A stretch of DNA of 49,138 bases from Oscillospiraceae bacterium (lineage in GTDB: Bacteria; Bacillota; Clostridia; Christensenellales; UBA1242), in assembly GCA_963636895.1 (NCBI GenBank), contig CAVHMC010000002.1, forward strand, positions 1 to 49,138, read 5' to 3'. The notes beneath the pieces were generated by a model. It made no database searches, had not been told where the DNA came from, and was given only the letters and a program-made list of their open reading frames with translations. A program made the position numbers and the translations under genes. Of the stretch, positions 46,543 to 49,138 are shown piece after piece. Each line of letters begins with the position of its first letter. The first letter of the stretch is position 1.

Positions 46543-46628
46543 AATGGGGGGTAGTAAACCTTTTCCCCACCCTAAACAAAACCTTTTCAATTTGTGCAAA
46601 AATAAATAAAAAAATATCGTTTTTTTAC

Positions 46629-46657
46629 TTGACACCTTTAAAAAAGTCCTATATAAT
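46629..46657 (+). promoter_or_regulatory. consensus sigma-A type promoter of the lipoprotein gene
   Basis: TTGACA (46629-46634), a 17-nt spacer, then TATAAT (46652-46657). Confidence 0.7.
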
Positions 46658-46663
46658 CATTTA

Positions 46664-46861
46664 CGTAGAATGTTTTAGCACCTTTTATTCAAACAAAATT
46701 TGGTAAGGCAGTAACATTTTTCGGGCGTTTGACATAAAAAATCTAAAGTGCGAAGACGTAATACACTTATGGGCTCGGAGATTGTTCTGCCTTTTTTTAT
46801 CTGTGGCGGATAAGGCAAAGCATATTGTACGACCCCAAAAATTTTAAAAGGAGAAATTTAT
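46664..46861 (+). promoter_or_regulatory. long (~200 nt) structured 5' leader with competing pairings and an internal U7 tract
   Basis: AAGGCAGTAACA (46705-46716) can pair with TGTTCTGCCTT (46783-46793) over 11 bp with one bulge, followed directly by a T7 run (46792-46798). The same TGCCTT can instead pair with AAGGCA at 46812-46817. I recognise no known riboswitch consensus. Confidence 0.4.
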
Positions 46862-48979
46862 ATGAAAAAAGCAAAAAGTAAAATTTTATCGGCGTTGTTG
46901 TTCGCGTTGCTTATTGTTCCTTGCATGCTTATCGTTACCGCTTGCGGAGAAGAGCACAAGGCAGTATCCGACTGGTCCAGCAATGCTACACATCACTGGC
47001 ATGCTTGCTCGGTAAAAGACTGCAAAGAGCATGAAGGTGAAAAAGCTTTTAATTATGCAGAACATACCGGCATGGAAGATCACATTTGCGACGTTTGCGG
47101 ATATAAAGAACATAAGGCAACTACAACTTATGGCAAAGACGACACAAAACACTGGTTTACATGCCAAATCGAGGGTTGCAAAGAACATTTTGGAGAAGCA
47201 ACTCATAATTACGACGCAACTACACACGAATGTGTTTGCGGAAAGGTTGACCCAGCCTATGTGGCAAAAATTACTACTACAGGTGAAGCGCCTACCACAA
47301 CTTACTACAAAAGTTTGCAAGAGGCTATAAATGATGCAAGTGCAGGAGCCACGGTAACACTTGTAAAAAATACTTCTATAGATAGTTATGTTACGGTTTC
47401 AGGGAAAAAATTGACACTCGACTTGGGTGGCAAGAGCTTGACCTCTGCTAAGACAGGTATCTATGCAACAGGCGCAAATACAGATTTAACTTTGAAGAAT
47501 GGTACGATTAACTCGGGTGCTACAGGTGTATTTTTGGACAATCAAGCCAAAGTTACAGTAAATGGAGACGTCACGATTGGTTCGAATAGTTCTAAGAGTA
47601 ATAAAGAAGCTGGCATAATTATTTTATCCAAAGCAACACTTGAAATGAATGGTAAGATAAATGGCTTTGGCTATGGTATTGCTGGAAATGGCGGGAAGAA
47701 GGGTGAGACGGAAGATAAAAACGAAGATTATGGTGGCATCACTATAACCCTTGGTTCAACAGCTGAAATTATTGCTTCAGACGATGCTTTGTTCATGCCA
47801 AGCAGTGGGACTTTGACAATCGCCGAGGGTGCTAGACTCACAGCGGGAGACACTGCTTTGTATGTAAAATGTGGCAACGTAACGATAAATGGCGGTACGT
47901 TTGTTACGACAAGTGAAAAAACACCTTATAAACCAACTACTAGCGGTTGCTATCCAACAGGGGCAGCAGTAGTTATCGACACTGTCAACGGTGACAGTTA
48001 CATTGGTGGAAACCCAACAGTCACAATCAATGGCGGAACTTTCACTGTTGCACAAGTTGAAGATGGCAAGACTCCAGCAAATGCTATAGAATATTATCAC
48101 TTGGCTGATGAAACTTATTCTGCTACAATATCTTATGGTGATAAAGTAACTGCTAGAGCGGTAGAATATGTCTATACTCCAGCTGGCGACGGAACTGAAG
48201 CTAAAGTTACACCAGTTGTTACTTATGTTTCGACTTTCGCTGAACTCACTTCCGCAATTGCCGACGCAAATGTAAAAACAGTTGTGCTTACTGAAGACAT
48301 AACAGCAAATACTACGAGCTCAGGTGAAGACGGACACGTGACGGTTTCTAGAAAAGTTACTCTTGACCTTAATGGAAAAACCTTGAAAGGTAGTGGATAT
48401 TGGGGAGTTCTTCATATCGTTGGTGGAGACTTAACGGTTGAAGGCTCTAAAGACGGCAGTGCTGTAGTCGCAAACGGCGCTTGGGGAGAAATAACCGGTG
48501 GAAACGGTTATCGTGCTATGGCTGTCTATGCTTATGGCGGTAAAGTTACTATTAATGGTGGTCATTTCTCGAATACTATCCCAGAAACTTCTAGGAGGGC
48601 ATATAATGATTTGATTTATGCTAAAAATAACACTGATAACAATCAAAAAGTTGGAGCTGAAATAATCATAAATGGTGGTACTTTTGAAAGCGTTACATCA
48701 GGTTGGGTTTTGAATATCAGTGATGGGAGTAAAAGTGGCGAAACAAGTTCTACTATCACGGTTTATGGCGGAAAGTTTAAAAAGTTTAACCCTGAAACAA
48801 ACAAGGGCTTTGACACTCTAGAGTCGGGAGAGGAAGAAGGGAAAGTAAATAGGACGGGAGGTCAATCGGACGGTTCCTTCGTTGCAACTGACTACAAAGT
48901 GGTAAAAGAAATAAAAGATAATGTTGATTGGTATACTGTGGTTGAAAAAACTGCAGAAGAGAAAGCAAAAGAAGGCTAA
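46862..48979 (+). CDS. surface lipoprotein with a duplicated Cys/His-rich module and a beta-helix-like body
   Basis: A GGAGA RBS is present. The signal peptide has the lipobox IVTA-C (Cys28 at 46943-46945). Two copies of H-x-W-x-x-C-x4-CKEH-x-GE...H-x-C-x-CG are present. Recurrent turns are VTINGGTF, VTINGGHF, IIINGGTF and ITVYGGKF. There is an internal duplication (VTLVKN...KKLTLDLGGKSLTS and VVLTED...RKVTLDLNGKTLKGS). Confidence 0.88.
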   Translation: MKKAKSKILSALLFALLIVPCMLIVTACGEEHKAVSDWSSNATHHWHACSVKDCKEHEGEKAFNYAEHTGMEDHICDVCGYKEHKATTTYGKDDTKHWFTCQIEGCKEHFGEATHNYDATTHECVCGKVDPAYVAKITTTGEAPTTTYYKSLQEAINDASAGATVTLVKNTSIDSYVTVSGKKLTLDLGGKSLTSAKTGIYATGANTDLTLKNGTINSGATGVFLDNQAKVTVNGDVTIGSNSSKSNKEAGIIILSKATLEMNGKINGFGYGIAGNGGKKGETEDKNEDYGGITITLGSTAEIIASDDALFMPSSGTLTIAEGARLTAGDTALYVKCGNVTINGGTFVTTSEKTPYKPTTSGCYPTGAAVVIDTVNGDSYIGGNPTVTINGGTFTVAQVEDGKTPANAIEYYHLADETYSATISYGDKVTARAVEYVYTPAGDGTEAKVTPVVTYVSTFAELTSAIADANVKTVVLTEDITANTTSSGEDGHVTVSRKVTLDLNGKTLKGSGYWGVLHIVGGDLTVEGSKDGSAVVANGAWGEITGGNGYRAMAVYAYGGKVTINGGHFSNTIPETSRRAYNDLIYAKNNTDNNQKVGAEIIINGGTFESVTSGWVLNISDGSKSGETSSTITVYGGKFKKFNPETNKGFDTLESGEEEGKVNRTGGQSDGSFVATDYKVVKEIKDNVDWYTVVEKTAEEKAKEG

Positions 48980-49042
48980 TGTCTAATCGCACGAAACGTT
49001 TAATTAACTTGTTTGAAACATTTTAAACACAGTTTTAATTTA

Positions 49043-49076
49043 AAAAATCAGGTTCACTCAACCTGATTTTTTATTT
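49043..49076 (+). terminator. rho-independent terminator of the lipoprotein gene
   Basis: AAAAATCAGGTT (49043-49054) pairs with AACCTGATTTTT (49060-49071) around the loop CACTC. A T-rich run follows. Confidence 0.85.
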
Positions 49077-49089
49077 TCACAATATTTTT

Positions 49090-49117
49090 AATTTAATTTA
49101 ATTTAATTTAATTTAAT
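49090..49117. repeat. pentanucleotide microsatellite (AATTT)x5 plus AAT
   Basis: Direct reading of 49090-49114, with a partial unit to 49117. It lies just downstream of the terminator near the window end. Confidence 0.8.
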
Positions 49118-49138
49118 GTTGGTGAACCGCAACTTGAA

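Larger units (their letters stand above)
45829..46560. repeat. GC-rich mosaic array of hairpin-forming repeat modules (unclassified); possibly the 3' UTR of the giant gene or independent structured RNA(s)
   Basis: Direct reading shows four 86-nt units (45978, 46064, 46318, 46404). There are five copies plus one variant of C5-6 TTGCTATT GGGG. ATGATTT[AG]ACCTATCACACACACT occurs three times. GTGTGTGAGAC[TC]AACCTATT occurs twice. A G-run followed by TAGTAAA occurs seven times. No ORF of 60 aa or more is present, and the region is much GC-richer than its flanks. Confidence 0.9.

Noticed and set aside
45829-46560. Possible CRISPR array
   Set aside because: The repeats are 45-86 nt, directly abutting or nested, and the sequences between them are themselves repeated. 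There are no unique spacers and no cas genes in the window.
1-49138. Alternative genetic code (UGA=Trp, Mollicutes code 4)
   Set aside because: Standard-code translation gives full-length, motif-complete housekeeping proteins and a 9,191-codon open frame. Every Trp codon I checked against the sequence is TGG, and every stop I checked is TAA. Nothing requires recoding.
1-49138. Mobile element, prophage, diversity-generating retroelement or defence system explaining the island
   Set aside because: I recognised no integrase, transposase, reverse transcriptase, nuclease/helicase/ATPase defence-type genes, or phage structural genes. The two tRNAs are not adjacent to the island borders.

Overview
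This is a low-GC bacterial window that reads correctly in the standard genetic code. Gene content looks like Bacillota or a Mollicutes-related lineage: rpsF-ssb-rpsR, HU, DegV, Rrf2 with NifS/NifU-type Fe-S genes, QueH and signal peptidase I. I saw no transposase, integrase, reverse transcriptase, cas gene or rRNA.

The left ~14 kb is ordinary housekeeping DNA: queH, a TetR plus P-type ATPase pair, pyk, a membrane protein, tRNA-Val, rpsF-ssb-rpsR, the Fe-S cluster operon, a GuaD-like deaminase, tRNA-Arg, lepB, degV and hup.

The right ~35 kb is a surface-protein island of three separately promoted genes that all encode right-handed beta-helix proteins.
- 14427..17456 encodes a ~1009-aa Pmp-type protein with a C-terminal TM anchor.
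- 18209..45784 is a single uninterrupted 27,576-nt ORF of 9,191 aa. It has a signal peptide, four separate Pmp-type beta-helix blocks (CxFxxN and GGAIY motifs) and about 35 Ig/MBG-like repeats in two classes. It ends in a C-terminal TM tail anchor and a short cytoplasmic tail with a duplicated YYDEQGNW motif.
- 46862..48979 encodes a lipoprotein with a duplicated Cys/His-rich module and a beta-helix body.

Two non-coding regions flanking the giant gene are the most unusual things here.
- 17567..18056 is a ~490-bp tract of about 65% A on the + strand, directly upstream of the giant gene's promoter.
- 45829..46560 is a ~730-bp GC-rich mosaic of hairpin-forming repeat modules directly downstream of its stop codon. 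It contains four 86-nt units, several ~45-nt units and a perfect 226-bp direct repeat at a 340-bp period. Sequence-divergent versions keep the same layout: one C-run, two competing G-runs, then TAGTAAA.

I cannot assign either region to a known element family from sequence alone.
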